The translations under genes were made by a program, and so were the position numbers. A stretch of 30,569 nucleotides of DNA from a virus (lineage: Duplodnaviria; Caudoviricetes): the IMG/VR virus record IMGVR_UViG_3300026123_000018, positions 1 to 30,569 of that record; one strand, written 5' to 3'. Positions 1 through 9,901 of this stretch are shown one piece after another. The notes beneath the pieces were generated by a model, which worked only from the letters and a program-made list of their open reading frames with translations, made no database searches and was not told the origin of the DNA. The number at the start of each line of letters is the position of its first letter. Position 1 is the first letter of the stretch.

Positions 1-65
1 ATACATCAAAAGATAAAAAATTAGATACATCAAAAGATAAAAAATTAGATAAATCAAAAGATAAA
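1..65 (+). repeat. 24-bp in-frame tandem repeat (DTSKDKKL), about 2.7 copies visible
   Basis: gatacatcaaaagataaaaaatta at 1-23 (partial) and 24-47, with a degenerate copy at 48-65. Confidence 0.85.
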
Positions 66-1475
66 TCAAGTACTAAAAAAACAAGTATAGAAAATACAAA
101 GAAAACCACACCAAAGACAAGTTCAGTAAAAACAAAGCCAACATCAAAAGGTTCAACATTATTAAAACCTGGTAAAAAAGTATCTTCAAAAGTAATGAAT
201 GCAGTTGGTAAATTTGCTAAGTTTATTCCGGGTATTGGTTTAGCTATAGCAGTTGGGACAGCCGCTTATAGTGTAGCTGATGGGTATAATAACGCTGGTG
301 ACATCTTAGGAATAAAAGAAACTGAATTATCGGAAAAACATAAAGTTGCGGCTGGTGCAGGCGCACTATTAAACGACTTTTCCTTTGGTCTAGTTGACGC
401 TAAATCAACAGCCGAAAAAATATTAGATTGGGCTAATACATCAGACGCTGAAAAGATTGTTGAAAAATTAGTAAATAAAGGTATAATAGAAACATCGTGG
501 TTTGGAAATAATACTATCGTTGATAAAGAAAGACTTTTGATGGAAGTTACACCTAAAGATTTAAAAGAATTGGCAAAAGATGAAGATTGGTCTAAAGAAC
601 AAAAAACAGAAATTTTAAACATTTATAATAAAAAAATAAATATTTTAAAATCAATTGGTGCAAAAACAGGCGAATCAACATTAAGTCAAAAATATACTAA
701 TGAAATGATTAATAATACTTCTGTTAAAAATGTAAATACTGAAGTTGTAGATGATTCTGTTAATAATACTTCTGTTAAGAATGTAAATAATGTAAATACC
801 GAAGTTGTAGATGATTCTGTTAATAATACTTCTGTTAAGAATGTAAATAATGTAAATACTGAAGTTAATAATACTTCTGTTAAAAATGTAAATAACAAAG
901 TTGTAGATGGTTCTGTTAATAATACATTTAATAATATTAAAAAAGTATCAGAATCAAATAAAATAAAAAATAATATTAATATTAAGAATGTACTAATAAA
1001 ACAAATCAACGCTCTTGAAATGACGAAAAAAACATTAATTAATAATTACGGCGAACAAGGTGTCATTGAATATAATAACAATTACAGACAAAAAGAAAAA
1101 TTTTTTAAAGAAAAACTAAAAGAAATAACCGAGATAGAAAAAAATACGATTGAACAAAAGATAGTTGATTCAAAAAATACAATTGAAATAATGAATTCGG
1201 ATTCTGATAACTCATACATGATCTCAGAGTTACAGTCAAAAATAGAAAAATTAGAAAATTCAATGTATGTTCCTGCCGATAATGTAAGCCCAACCAAAGA
1301 TATTAAAGAAATAATTACACTGGAAAATACACAGAAATTAACTGACAGTGTCAAGTCTTATGATATGAGACAAGTAATTCAACAACAACCGAATGTTAAT
1401 TTAACCAATATAAATAAAACAAACAAAATTGAAAAAGAAGAAAGTATACGTCTTTTAAATAGTTTTGGTAAATAA
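3..1475 (+). CDS. Probable tape measure / baseplate hub (T4 gp29-position) protein, 5'-truncated by the window edge
   Basis: The frame of ORF 195..1475 is open back to position 3 (TSKDKKLDTSKDKKLD...). It has a Gly/Ala-rich hydrophobic segment (KFIPGIGLAIAVGTAAY), low-complexity repeats, and lies directly upstream of a gp48 homolog. Confidence 0.55.
   Translation, partial: TSKDKKLDTSKDKKLDKSKDKSSTKKTSIENTKKTTPKTSSVKTKPTSKGSTLLKPGKKVSSKVMNAVGKFAKFIPGIGLAIAVGTAAYSVADGYNNAGDILGIKETELSEKHKVAAGAGALLNDFSFGLVDAKSTAEKILDWANTSDAEKIVEKLVNKGIIETSWFGNNTIVDKERLLMEVTPKDLKELAKDEDWSKEQKTEILNIYNKKINILKSIGAKTGESTLSQKYTNEMINNTSVKNVNTEVVDDSVNNTSVKNVNNVNTEVVDDSVNNTSVKNVNNVNTEVNNTSVKNVNNKVVDGSVNNTFNNIKKVSESNKIKNNINIKNVLIKQINALEMTKKTLINNYGEQGVIEYNNNYRQKEKFFKEKLKEITEIEKNTIEQKIVDSKNTIEIMNSDSDNSYMISELQSKIEKLENSMYVPADNVSPTKDIKEIITLENTQKLTDSVKSYDMRQVIQQQPNVNLTNINKTNKIEKEESIRLLNSFGK
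711..926 (+). repeat. In-frame imperfect tandem repeats (NNTSVKNVN..EVVDDSV), units of 51, 60, 45 and 51 bp
   Basis: aataatacttctgtt begins at 711, 762, 822 and 867, with a partial copy at 918. All unit lengths are multiples of 3. Confidence 0.9.
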
Positions 1476-1488
1476 AAAGTGAGGCAAA

Positions 1489-2382
1489 ATGGCTAATAAA
1501 ATTGTATTTCCAAGTTACTTATCGAATGATAATTACAAATATAGAAAGGTAACTATGCACATATTGCATGCGAAGACACCAGGTTCTAACGCAGCTGATG
1601 CTTATGAACAAGCGCTTAAAAACGGTAAAAACGTTATATCTGCTACGAGTACAGCCGGCGCAACAGCAGTTAGCGATTCATTTTCAGCAATTCTTGATAA
1701 TCTGTCAGCTAATAATGAAAAGTATAAAGCATTTGTTAAAGAAAGTACAGTTTTTACTATAACATTGCCATTACCTAATAATTTAACAGAATCACAAGGT
1801 CATTCATGGGAACCAACAACCGGTATTATAGGTGGTGCTATACAAGAAATAGAAAATCAGTCAATAGTTGGTAAAGGGATAACTGAACTAGCAAATAAAA
1901 TACCAGTTATCGGCAGTGGTATAGCTGCAGCAGGTAATACATCTATATCAAAAGCCCTAGGATCTTTATCAGATGTTAATGGTACAAGAAAACCTTTAGG
2001 TAATCCTGGGTATTTTCAAAATTATAAAGGTACACGACCAAGGACTTTCAATTTTTCTTTTGACTTAGTACCAAATAATCCAGAAGAAGCAAAAGATATG
2101 TTAAATATTGTTCTTCAATTAAAAAAGTTCTCTTCACCAGAACTTGTAGCCGGTGGAGTTGGTTTATTAGCACCTCATTATTTTGATATTGAATTATCAA
2201 ACCCGCACATTTCAAAACTTGCTAATATCAACGGTGTTGTTTTAACAAGTATCGATGTTAATTATGGAGCAGATGGAAATATGCAACAATATAGTGATGG
2301 GACGCCAAAATTTATGAATTTAAATCTTAAATTCAATGAAAGAAGAATGACAAGTAAAAACGATTATGACAAACCAAGTTAA
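1489..2382 (+). CDS. gp48: Baseplate tail tube cap, T4 gp48-like
   Basis: Motifs ITLPLPNNL, NP..FQNYKG..PRTFNFSFDLVPNNPEEA, VLTSIDVNY and DGTP..MNLNLKFNE; synteny before gp53. Confidence 0.8.
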   Translation: MANKIVFPSYLSNDNYKYRKVTMHILHAKTPGSNAADAYEQALKNGKNVISATSTAGATAVSDSFSAILDNLSANNEKYKAFVKESTVFTITLPLPNNLTESQGHSWEPTTGIIGGAIQEIENQSIVGKGITELANKIPVIGSGIAAAGNTSISKALGSLSDVNGTRKPLGNPGYFQNYKGTRPRTFNFSFDLVPNNPEEAKDMLNIVLQLKKFSSPELVAGGVGLLAPHYFDIELSNPHISKLANINGVVLTSIDVNYGADGNMQQYSDGTPKFMNLNLKFNERRMTSKNDYDKPS

Positions 2383-2392
2383 AGGATAAAAT

Positions 2393-2875
2393 ATGGCATA
2401 TTTAAAAAATTCAGTTATCGATTATGAAAATAGAATAGTTGATAACTACAGTGTCGAAGACTATTTTACATTTGACACAAAAAAAGTATTAGATTATGTT
2501 AAAACATGTACAGAAGATTATTTTGAATGGTATCAGTTAGAAAACAATGATGCCATTGAAAGAGTTGCGCATGATTTATATGGTAATGCCGATTATTGGG
2601 ATATTTTACTTTTAATAAATGGAAGAGATCCACTATTTGGGTTTGTATATGATTTTGATATTGTTAATTTGACATCAATACAAATGGTTGAAAAATATGA
2701 TAATGATGTTTATACAACAGCGAGTTTAACTGATATGCATAAACAATATATGCAGCAAACATATGAGAAAAAACTTAATGACCAAAATGAAAGTAATAGA
2801 TTAATAAAAATAGTAAAACCATCAAGAATAAATGAGTTTTTACAAAAAGGTTACGAAAGCGGGTGTTTTAAATGA
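2393..2875 (+). CDS. gp53: Baseplate wedge subunit, T4 gp53-like (LysM-like)
   Basis: Motif IERVAHDLYGNADYWDILLLIN..DP; synteny. Confidence 0.85.
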   Translation: MAYLKNSVIDYENRIVDNYSVEDYFTFDTKKVLDYVKTCTEDYFEWYQLENNDAIERVAHDLYGNADYWDILLLINGRDPLFGFVYDFDIVNLTSIQMVEKYDNDVYTTASLTDMHKQYMQQTYEKKLNDQNESNRLIKIVKPSRINEFLQKGYESGCFK

Positions 2876-4071
2876 GTTTATCTTATGATAGGATATTTAC
2901 CGATACTTCTTTACTGAAATCATATAATGTTAGAATTGATGATAAGGATATGTTTGAAGAAGACGTTATTTCTTTAGATATTAATTATGATTTTAATAAA
3001 TTTGCAATCTCTGGTGAAATGAACATTAAAGATTCTTTTGGTTTAGAACACTTTGATATGTTATACGGAAAATCTAAAATAACAATATATGGAATGGATT
3101 TACATAAAGGTACGTTTTTGAGAACCTTTGTAATTACAAATACAGTTGTTGATACATTCAATGAAAGATTTAAAATGCTTAGGATAACGTTTGTTGATGA
3201 GTTGTATTTTAAACTTTCAAATACGTATATGAGTAAAAGTTTTAAAAATACAGATATGATTTCAGCATTAGAAGAATATTTTGAAGAATTAGAAATGGAT
3301 GGTTATTTTAATATTAATGATTATTTCAGTGTTAACAAAATTGAAAAATTTATTGATAGTATAGATGTTAAGGAAGATTTTGCCGTACCACATAATGTTA
3401 GTTTACTTGATTTTTTCGTAAAATATTTTAATTATTATGGTCTAAGGTTTTTCCAAACAAGGTCTGGCGTTCATGTTCAAAAGATAAAATTTAACCAGCT
3501 AGAACATGACCAATTAAATGGAGATGATGTACTATACACCAATGATACCGACAACGGTATGTATGCTTTTTATATATTTGATCATGTCATGAATTACAAT
3601 AATATAATTAACGAAAACTTAGAAAGACCAAATATTTTAAATAACACGTATGATTTAGAAAATAAAATTAATTTAGAAGACACTAAGAATTTAGACGATG
3701 TCTATGATGATATGAAATTGACTAATTATGATATGAAAGACTTAGTGAAAACAACAGGTGAAAAATATGAAGTTACTGAAGTACTTAGCTTGGAAAATCA
3801 GCAAATAGAAATAGAAAATGTATATTTCTATAATAATAATATGGAAATTGTTGTACCTGGTAACTATGAATTTAATGATATATGTAAGCTCATTAAAGTA
3901 AAAATGCAAGGAAATGTATTGGTTGATGAATCTGCACTAGAAGGAGATACATTCCATAGCGGTGATTTTTTTGTTTCGGCAATTACTGATAAATATGTTG
4001 GAAATAGAATGATACAAAAATTAACAATAAATAAATTAGATCTACCAAAAATAAGAAAGGGTAAAAAATAA
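2872..4071 (+). CDS. Probable baseplate hub protein (gp27-like)
   Basis: 399 aa, between gp53 and gp5; ISGEMNIKDS, IVVPGN and SGDFFVSAI patterns are typical of hub proteins; coupled to both neighbours by overlaps. Confidence 0.6.
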   Translation: MSLSYDRIFTDTSLLKSYNVRIDDKDMFEEDVISLDINYDFNKFAISGEMNIKDSFGLEHFDMLYGKSKITIYGMDLHKGTFLRTFVITNTVVDTFNERFKMLRITFVDELYFKLSNTYMSKSFKNTDMISALEEYFEELEMDGYFNINDYFSVNKIEKFIDSIDVKEDFAVPHNVSLLDFFVKYFNYYGLRFFQTRSGVHVQKIKFNQLEHDQLNGDDVLYTNDTDNGMYAFYIFDHVMNYNNIINENLERPNILNNTYDLENKINLEDTKNLDDVYDDMKLTNYDMKDLVKTTGEKYEVTEVLSLENQQIEIENVYFYNNNMEIVVPGNYEFNDICKLIKVKMQGNVLVDESALEGDTFHSGDFFVSAITDKYVGNRMIQKLTINKLDLPKIRKGKK

Positions 4072-5087
4072 TGAAATTTTATAGAGCCGTTGTTGAAGAT
4101 AATAATGATCCATTAAAATGTGCAAGGGTAAAAGTTAGAATATATGGTATTCATACAAAAAACAATGAAAACTCTGGAGAATTTAGTAATGTAAAAACTT
4201 CTGATTTACCATGGGCTGAAATTATGGGTGATAACACATTTGGTCTAATTAGTGGTGTTGGACTATCTAATGTATTAAGAAATGGTACATGGGTTTGGGT
4301 AGTACTAGATAACGATAATCCAAATAAACCAATAGTTATCGGCACAATTACCGGTATAGTTACTGAAAATGCTATTGGGAAACAATCAAGCGGTGAAGGT
4401 TTTTATGATCCTAATGAAATATACCCATTTGAAACTAGATCAAAAACCGAAACAGATTTTAATAGATTAGCAAAAGCCGAGAAGTTAAATGATGCGCACT
4501 ACGATGAACCAGTATCAATTTATGGGTCAACGGATACTATACATAAACAAATTAATGATAATGTTGATATTGTATCAGGTGAAACAGATGGATATTCTGG
4601 TGCCGATGTATCTCAAACAGAACCGAATTCTTTAGATGATAATACCGCATATCCGAATTCTTCTGTATTGGAAACACATAGCGGACATGTAATTACGTTA
4701 GATGATACTGAAGGAAATGAAAGAGTAAGAGTTTATCATACAAGTGGATCATATATTGAGATAAGACCTGACGGTACATTTATACAGAAAAGTGTTAATA
4801 CTGATGCAGAATCGCATTATATACATATGAGTGATGTACAAGAACATGTTGCAAAAGGTGTTAAAAGATATATTGAAGACAATTTAGAAGAAATAATCGG
4901 TAAAGAAGTTAAAAGATATATAAAAAGTAATCAAACCGAACATATTGGTGGTAACTTAAAATTAAAGGTTGATGGTAATTTAACTTGGGAAATTGGCGGT
5001 AATATTTCAATTACATCAGGTGGAACACAAACAACGTCAAATGGTGGCAATTATACACATACCGCGCCAAATATTTTCTTAAACTAA
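4071..5087 (+). CDS. gp5: Baseplate central spike gp5 (OB-fold plus beta-helix, no lysozyme domain)
   Basis: AVVEDNNDPLKCARVKVRIYGIH, DLPWA, YP..SVLETHSGH..LDDTEGNERVRVYHTSGSYIEI and C-terminal V/IxG repeats. Confidence 0.9.
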   Translation: MKFYRAVVEDNNDPLKCARVKVRIYGIHTKNNENSGEFSNVKTSDLPWAEIMGDNTFGLISGVGLSNVLRNGTWVWVVLDNDNPNKPIVIGTITGIVTENAIGKQSSGEGFYDPNEIYPFETRSKTETDFNRLAKAEKLNDAHYDEPVSIYGSTDTIHKQINDNVDIVSGETDGYSGADVSQTEPNSLDDNTAYPNSSVLETHSGHVITLDDTEGNERVRVYHTSGSYIEIRPDGTFIQKSVNTDAESHYIHMSDVQEHVAKGVKRYIEDNLEEIIGKEVKRYIKSNQTEHIGGNLKLKVDGNLTWEIGGNISITSGGTQTTSNGGNYTHTAPNIFLN

Positions 5088-5097
5088 GGATTAACAT

Positions 5098-5301
5098 ATG
5101 GTTTTAACTGGTGTTTTTGAAGTAAAAATTAATAATAAAATTTTTAGATTTAACGAATACAACGATGTCCCAGAATCTTTTGATCATTTAATTACATGTA
5201 ATTTTGATTACAAGGAAGGACCACATACTGATGAAGAACATGAAGAATTAAGTAAACTAAACTATTATTTTAAAGAACTTATGAAAAGGGAGAAAAAATA
5301 A
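5098..5301 (+). CDS. Small hypothetical protein between gp5 and PAAR
   Basis: 67 aa ORF with an AGGA RBS; contains FDHLI and GPHTDEEHEEL. Confidence 0.7.
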   Translation: MVLTGVFEVKINNKIFRFNEYNDVPESFDHLITCNFDYKEGPHTDEEHEELSKLNYYFKELMKREKK

Positions 5302-5302
5302 A

Positions 5303-5593
5303 ATGCCTGCAGCAACAAGAATTGGTGACGCCGATGTGGCGCATTGTTCTGGAATGACAAGAGCGGTTGGTTCGCCAGATGTTTTCGTAAATGGAATACC
5401 TTGGTCTAGGCAAGGTGATGTCAATACTGTGCACTTATTACCTGGGAGCCCATGTCCTCCACATGCTGCCCCTATTGCTGTTGGATCAACAACTGTATTT
5501 GTAAATGGTAAAGGGGCAGGTAGAGTAGGTGATGCAATTTCTGGATGTACTTCGGTCGCAGCCGGTTCTCCTGATGTATTTGCTGGAGGATGA
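5303..5593 (+). CDS. PAAR-repeat spike tip protein (gp5.4-like)
   Basis: PAATRIGD, GSPDVFVNG, GSTTVFVNGKGAGRVGD, with Cys/His metal ligands. Confidence 0.95.
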   Translation: MPAATRIGDADVAHCSGMTRAVGSPDVFVNGIPWSRQGDVNTVHLLPGSPCPPHAAPIAVGSTTVFVNGKGAGRVGDAISGCTSVAAGSPDVFAGG

Positions 5594-5601
5594 TATAAAT
5601 A
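5594..5601 (+). promoter_or_regulatory. T4-type late promoter TATAAATA upstream of gp25
   Basis: Exact T4 late consensus in an intergenic position; gp55 is encoded in the window. Confidence 0.7.
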
Positions 5602-5618
5602 AAACAAAAGGACGATGA

Positions 5619-5972
5619 ATGTCTCTGTATAATGATTATGTTAACCTAGAAGAAACCGAAACCGACGCAAAAGCCATTAATCATGCTATTAAAAATATTT
5701 TAACCACAAGAATTGGTTCAATGCCAGGAAAACCTACATTTGGGTCTGACTTGTATAAAATTGTGTTTTCACCGATAGATCATATTACAATCGGTATAAT
5801 GCAAAGATACATAAAAGAAGCATTGAGAATCTGGGAAACTAGAATACGTGTTACAGATGTAGCTATTGAAGAAGTTCCTGAATATAATAAATTAATTGCA
5901 ACAATAAAGTATGTTTATAGGGATAAAGGTTTAGATATAAATGAGCAAATATCTTTAAACTTGTTACAATAA
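5619..5972 (+). CDS. gp25: Baseplate wedge subunit gp25 (GPW_gp25 family)
   Basis: AINHAIKNILTTRIGSMPGKPTFGSDL and IKEALRIWETRI. Confidence 0.92.
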   Translation: MSLYNDYVNLEETETDAKAINHAIKNILTTRIGSMPGKPTFGSDLYKIVFSPIDHITIGIMQRYIKEALRIWETRIRVTDVAIEEVPEYNKLIATIKYVYRDKGLDINEQISLNLLQ

Positions 5973-5977
5973 TTGAA

Positions 5978-5985
5978 TATAAATA
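5978..5985 (+). promoter_or_regulatory. Late promoter TATAAATA upstream of gp6
   Basis: Exact consensus, intergenic. Confidence 0.7.
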
Positions 5986-6006
5986 TTAATAAAAATAGGA
6001 TAAGAA

Positions 6007-8040
6007 ATGGCAGAAATTGTAGAAACCGTACCTTTTAATTTTAACGACATATATACTGAATTACAAACTAAATTTGATGAAAAGGGTTATGATATTGAGG
6101 AAGGATCAAACACTTCCCAACTTATAACGGCTATGGCATATTTGACAAGTATGTTAAATGTAAATACTGCGGTTAATATTAATGAAACATTGTTACCGTT
6201 AGCAACGAAAAGAGATAATGCGTTAGTCGATGCTAGAATTCTAGGATATGAAATATCTCATAAACAATCTTATAAGTATAGACTGACTTTAACATTTACG
6301 GCTGGGGATCATACAATTCCAAAATATTCTGAATTTTCTGCTGACGGAAAGACTTATTATTTCATGGGTGATTCAGTTGAGCTACTTGATGTTCCTGATG
6401 GATATACTACAACAATAGATGTAAAAGAAGGTACATTATATAAATTTGATGATTATGCAGATACACTTAGAGTTATCACAGGTACAGTGAAAGATGAATA
6501 TGATGAAGATGTACCCCAATATTATATTGATATTCCATATGTTGATGTTGAAGAAAACGGTATTGAGGTGTTTTTAACATATTATGATGCTGACGCTAAT
6601 CTTAATTATAGAGAAACATGGTATAGATCTGAACAATTTATGGTTGATGCTGATACAGTATTAAACAAAAGATATATTAGAATGGATAACGTTGAATTTA
6701 AAACGCCAAGAATATATTTTAAATATGCTGGTATCGGACAAGGTGTAAGACAAGAAAGTATTGTTGAAATGAACATTTTGACAACAAGTGGTAAAGATGG
6801 TGGTTTAACTTCGGATTTTTCGGATCAAACTAACGCAAAAAGTATTTTTTCACACTCTTTTGACTTTTTTGAAATTACAAATATTGATTTAATCAATGAA
6901 GGATCTGAAGAAGAAGATATTGTTAGTATTCAAAGAAATGCGCCGATGTTTTATAACTCTGCAAATAGAGCTATTACTAAGCAGGATTATGTTGCATTTT
7001 GTAATAGACACCAGGCAGTTAAATATTCAGAAGTTTGGGGTGGAGAAGACGAATATCCAAAAACGCCAGGACACATTTGGTTTAGTTTCTTCCCATATAC
7101 ATATACGAGAGAATTTAATAAAAACGCAACGGTTACTTTGATCGAATTGGCTTCGCCAAATAATACGGATAACTGGTTTGTAGAAGATGAAGAAATATTT
7201 AATCCGGATTATGATGAAGATAAACAAATGGTGGAAAGTAACGCTGGTGTTTGGAATGTTTTAGATTATTATAAAATCCCAACTATGGTATTTCATAATA
7301 GACACCCAATTTATTTAGATTTTTTCTATGATATAAATATTCTTGTATATAACATTAAAACTAGTAAAGGTGACATTAATAACGAAGTATTTGATGTTAT
7401 CAATAGCTATTTCTTAGGTACAACACAATATGATTCTTTAGAAACATTTGGTGTTGAATATTTTCACAGTAATCTTGAAAAAAGAATTGATTCAGAATTA
7501 TCGGATGTTACTGGTTTTAATAATGAAGTTCAAACAAAGTTATTATTAACAAATAAAAATATATCTTACGAAAATGAAAATAAAAAAGATACAGACATCT
7601 TTATACCATTAGCCAAACCATATGAAAAAATGTATGATGAAAACGGTGTATTACAAATTAAATATATGCCTAATATTGATGGTACATTTATAGATGATGA
7701 AATTAGCGTTGATTGGTCGTCAATCGAAAATGTTGAAAAATTAGCAGATGAGAGAGTATTATCTGTTCCAATTTACTATGGTGAAAATATATGTGGGGAA
7801 TATTATATATTTAATGAAATAAACGAGGATATTATGGTAAGATTGTTTATAAATAATGACATTGAAGTAAATGAAGAAACAAGATTAGATGAATATGCAA
7901 ATACACCATTAAATATCGGAATGTTTCAAAATTCTGAAGGTGAAAGCATATCACAATATTTAAACTTAACATATAGATCTCCTAACTTTAAGGTAATAAA
8001 GAATGTTTTACCAAGATTAAGACAAATAACATTTGAATAA
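6007..8040 (+). CDS. gp6: Baseplate wedge subunit gp6
   Basis: YDIEEGSNTSQLI..AY, NETLLPLATKRD..ARILGY, APMFYNSANRAITKQDY and VWGGED. Confidence 0.9.
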   Translation: MAEIVETVPFNFNDIYTELQTKFDEKGYDIEEGSNTSQLITAMAYLTSMLNVNTAVNINETLLPLATKRDNALVDARILGYEISHKQSYKYRLTLTFTAGDHTIPKYSEFSADGKTYYFMGDSVELLDVPDGYTTTIDVKEGTLYKFDDYADTLRVITGTVKDEYDEDVPQYYIDIPYVDVEENGIEVFLTYYDADANLNYRETWYRSEQFMVDADTVLNKRYIRMDNVEFKTPRIYFKYAGIGQGVRQESIVEMNILTTSGKDGGLTSDFSDQTNAKSIFSHSFDFFEITNIDLINEGSEEEDIVSIQRNAPMFYNSANRAITKQDYVAFCNRHQAVKYSEVWGGEDEYPKTPGHIWFSFFPYTYTREFNKNATVTLIELASPNNTDNWFVEDEEIFNPDYDEDKQMVESNAGVWNVLDYYKIPTMVFHNRHPIYLDFFYDINILVYNIKTSKGDINNEVFDVINSYFLGTTQYDSLETFGVEYFHSNLEKRIDSELSDVTGFNNEVQTKLLLTNKNISYENENKKDTDIFIPLAKPYEKMYDENGVLQIKYMPNIDGTFIDDEISVDWSSIENVEKLADERVLSVPIYYGENICGEYYIFNEINEDIMVRLFINNDIEVNEETRLDEYANTPLNIGMFQNSEGESISQYLNLTYRSPNFKVIKNVLPRLRQITFE

Positions 8041-8053
8041 AGGTTAATTAAAA

Positions 8054-9280
8054 ATGCTAAAAAATATATTAGATTCATTAATCCCGGAAAATATAAAGAA
8101 TATTGATTTAATTAAAGATGCAATCGATATCTTTATAGAAAACATTGAAAAAAATTCTGAGATTGCTATTGATATTAAAAAGATTTTAAATCCGGAAGAT
8201 GAATTTAGCGAAGATTATAAAACAATTAAAGATACATTATTAAAACTTTATTTAAATGACCTTTATAATACAATATCACAAGTACAAAAAAACGACAGTG
8301 TATTAAAAAGAATTGATAAGTACATTACAATTTATCAGCTTGACGAAAATCAATCAAAGTTATTAAATGATGTTGAATTAATGCTTAACTTTGAACACTT
8401 TATTGCCAATAAAGCGTTTAAACAAAAAAAAGGAACTAAGGCAGGTATTGAATATATCTATAACCTTGTTGACTCATTAAATAATTTTGAAGATGAAAAA
8501 TATCCTTTTACATTAATAGAAAATAAAGAATTTGATTTTTCTATACAAGGAAGTATCGTAGAAGAATTGTATAATCTTATTGTAAAACCAATATCACACC
8601 CATTAGGATTTACTTATACATACACACAAATTGTATTGTTAATGCTACAAGATTATTTCAACATCGAATTTATTTACAAAAACGTAGAAGTTGAGGTTAG
8701 ATGTTTATTTGGTAATACATTATCTTTCGATGGATCGGCTGTTGTAAATATTATAGAAACAGAAGAAGATGGTAAAAAAATTAAACGTGTATATTTTGAT
8801 AACGGTGAAGTACTTGAACAAAAAATATTTCCTATTGATGTAACATTATATAATTCTGATGGCAGTATTAAAAATCATTTTGACGAACATTGTTCATTAT
8901 TTTTAAAATATGATATAGATGTAAAAATTTTAACTGAAGATGAGTTGTTATTTAGAGTAGATAAAACTTTATATGATTTTTTCTGGGATTTGGAAGGTAT
9001 TCCAGCTAGAATAGGTAACGAACTAATCATAGGCGAATTCAAAATTGGCGGATGGGAAAGACGGTATATACAGGAAGAATTGAACAAACATGTTAAGTTC
9101 TTTGCGACTAAAGACAATACTTCATATCAGTTTTGGTCTGAAGATGAAAGTTTTGTGGTTGGCACATCTATAGTTGGTGAAAGATATATTGGTAAAGGGC
9201 CAGTTACTGTTCAAACAGATACTTCTGAGTATTATGATATTAGAAATGCTGAAGAAGAATTTAGTATAACAACAATATAA
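8054..9280 (+). CDS. Probable baseplate wedge protein (gp7-like)
   Basis: Follows gp6; FKQKKGTKAGIEYIY and VKPISHPLGF resemble the gp7/gpI motifs KGT and HPxG. Confidence 0.65.
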   Translation: MLKNILDSLIPENIKNIDLIKDAIDIFIENIEKNSEIAIDIKKILNPEDEFSEDYKTIKDTLLKLYLNDLYNTISQVQKNDSVLKRIDKYITIYQLDENQSKLLNDVELMLNFEHFIANKAFKQKKGTKAGIEYIYNLVDSLNNFEDEKYPFTLIENKEFDFSIQGSIVEELYNLIVKPISHPLGFTYTYTQIVLLMLQDYFNIEFIYKNVEVEVRCLFGNTLSFDGSAVVNIIETEEDGKKIKRVYFDNGEVLEQKIFPIDVTLYNSDGSIKNHFDEHCSLFLKYDIDVKILTEDELLFRVDKTLYDFFWDLEGIPARIGNELIIGEFKIGGWERRYIQEELNKHVKFFATKDNTSYQFWSEDESFVVGTSIVGERYIGKGPVTVQTDTSEYYDIRNAEEEFSITTI

Positions 9281-9283
9281 ATA
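9276..9283 (+). promoter_or_regulatory. Late promoter TATAAATA
   Basis: Exact consensus overlapping the upstream stop codon. Confidence 0.65.
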
Positions 9284-9301
9284 AAATAAAAGGTAATTTA
9301 A

Positions 9302-9865
9302 ATGACAGATAATATTCAAAAATTTAAAGGTCATCTAACTATAGAAACTGTTGACAAAGATGGTAATGTAGTTGATAGATGGGCTGATAATAATATGATT
9401 ATGAATACAGCTAGAACTAACATGGCTAGGTTGATTTCTGGTATGAATACAGGGCAATATATTAATAAATTAGTTCTAGGTACTGAAGGGCACCAAGGTT
9501 CGGACTATTTACTTGTTAAAACCGCAGATGATGGGTTTGTAAAAGAAAGAACAGAATTATTTTCAGAGGAATCTGGGTCATTCACATACCCGATTACTTT
9601 TGAATCGACCGGTATTAGTGGAGACTTCAATTTAATATCAGAACCAGATGCCGACGAAACATCTACAATAAATGTTGTACAAAATGATACTGATGTAATT
9701 TATACTATTGAGATCCCTAATGAAAATGGTAACGACGGTGATACTGTTGTTTATACAGAAGCAGCATTATACGCAGATGATTTAATATTTTCTATGAAAA
9801 CATTCAAAGGTAAAATTAAAGATGATTCAGTTACTTTAAGAGTAATTTGGAAAATATCACTATAA
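9302..9865 (+). CDS. Baseplate / fibre-attachment structural protein
   Basis: KGHLTIET..DG....NNMIMN, KLVLGT, YTEAALY..IFSMKTF and RVIWKI resemble the fibre-anchoring domain of contractile tails. Confidence 0.55.
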   Translation: MTDNIQKFKGHLTIETVDKDGNVVDRWADNNMIMNTARTNMARLISGMNTGQYINKLVLGTEGHQGSDYLLVKTADDGFVKERTELFSEESGSFTYPITFESTGISGDFNLISEPDADETSTINVVQNDTDVIYTIEIPNENGNDGDTVVYTEAALYADDLIFSMKTFKGKIKDDSVTLRVIWKISL

Positions 9866-9873
9866 TATATAGT

Positions 9874-9881
9874 TATAAATA
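9874..9881 (+). promoter_or_regulatory. Late promoter TATAAATA upstream of fibre cassette 1
   Basis: Exact consensus, intergenic, followed by an AAGGAG RBS. Confidence 0.7.
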
Positions 9882-9901
9882 AAAACAAAAAAGGAGAATT
9901 T

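Noticed and set aside
5303-5593. Higher GC of the PAAR gene as a sign of foreign origin
   Set aside because: Largely explained by its Gly/Ala/Pro-rich composition and its expected syntenic position.
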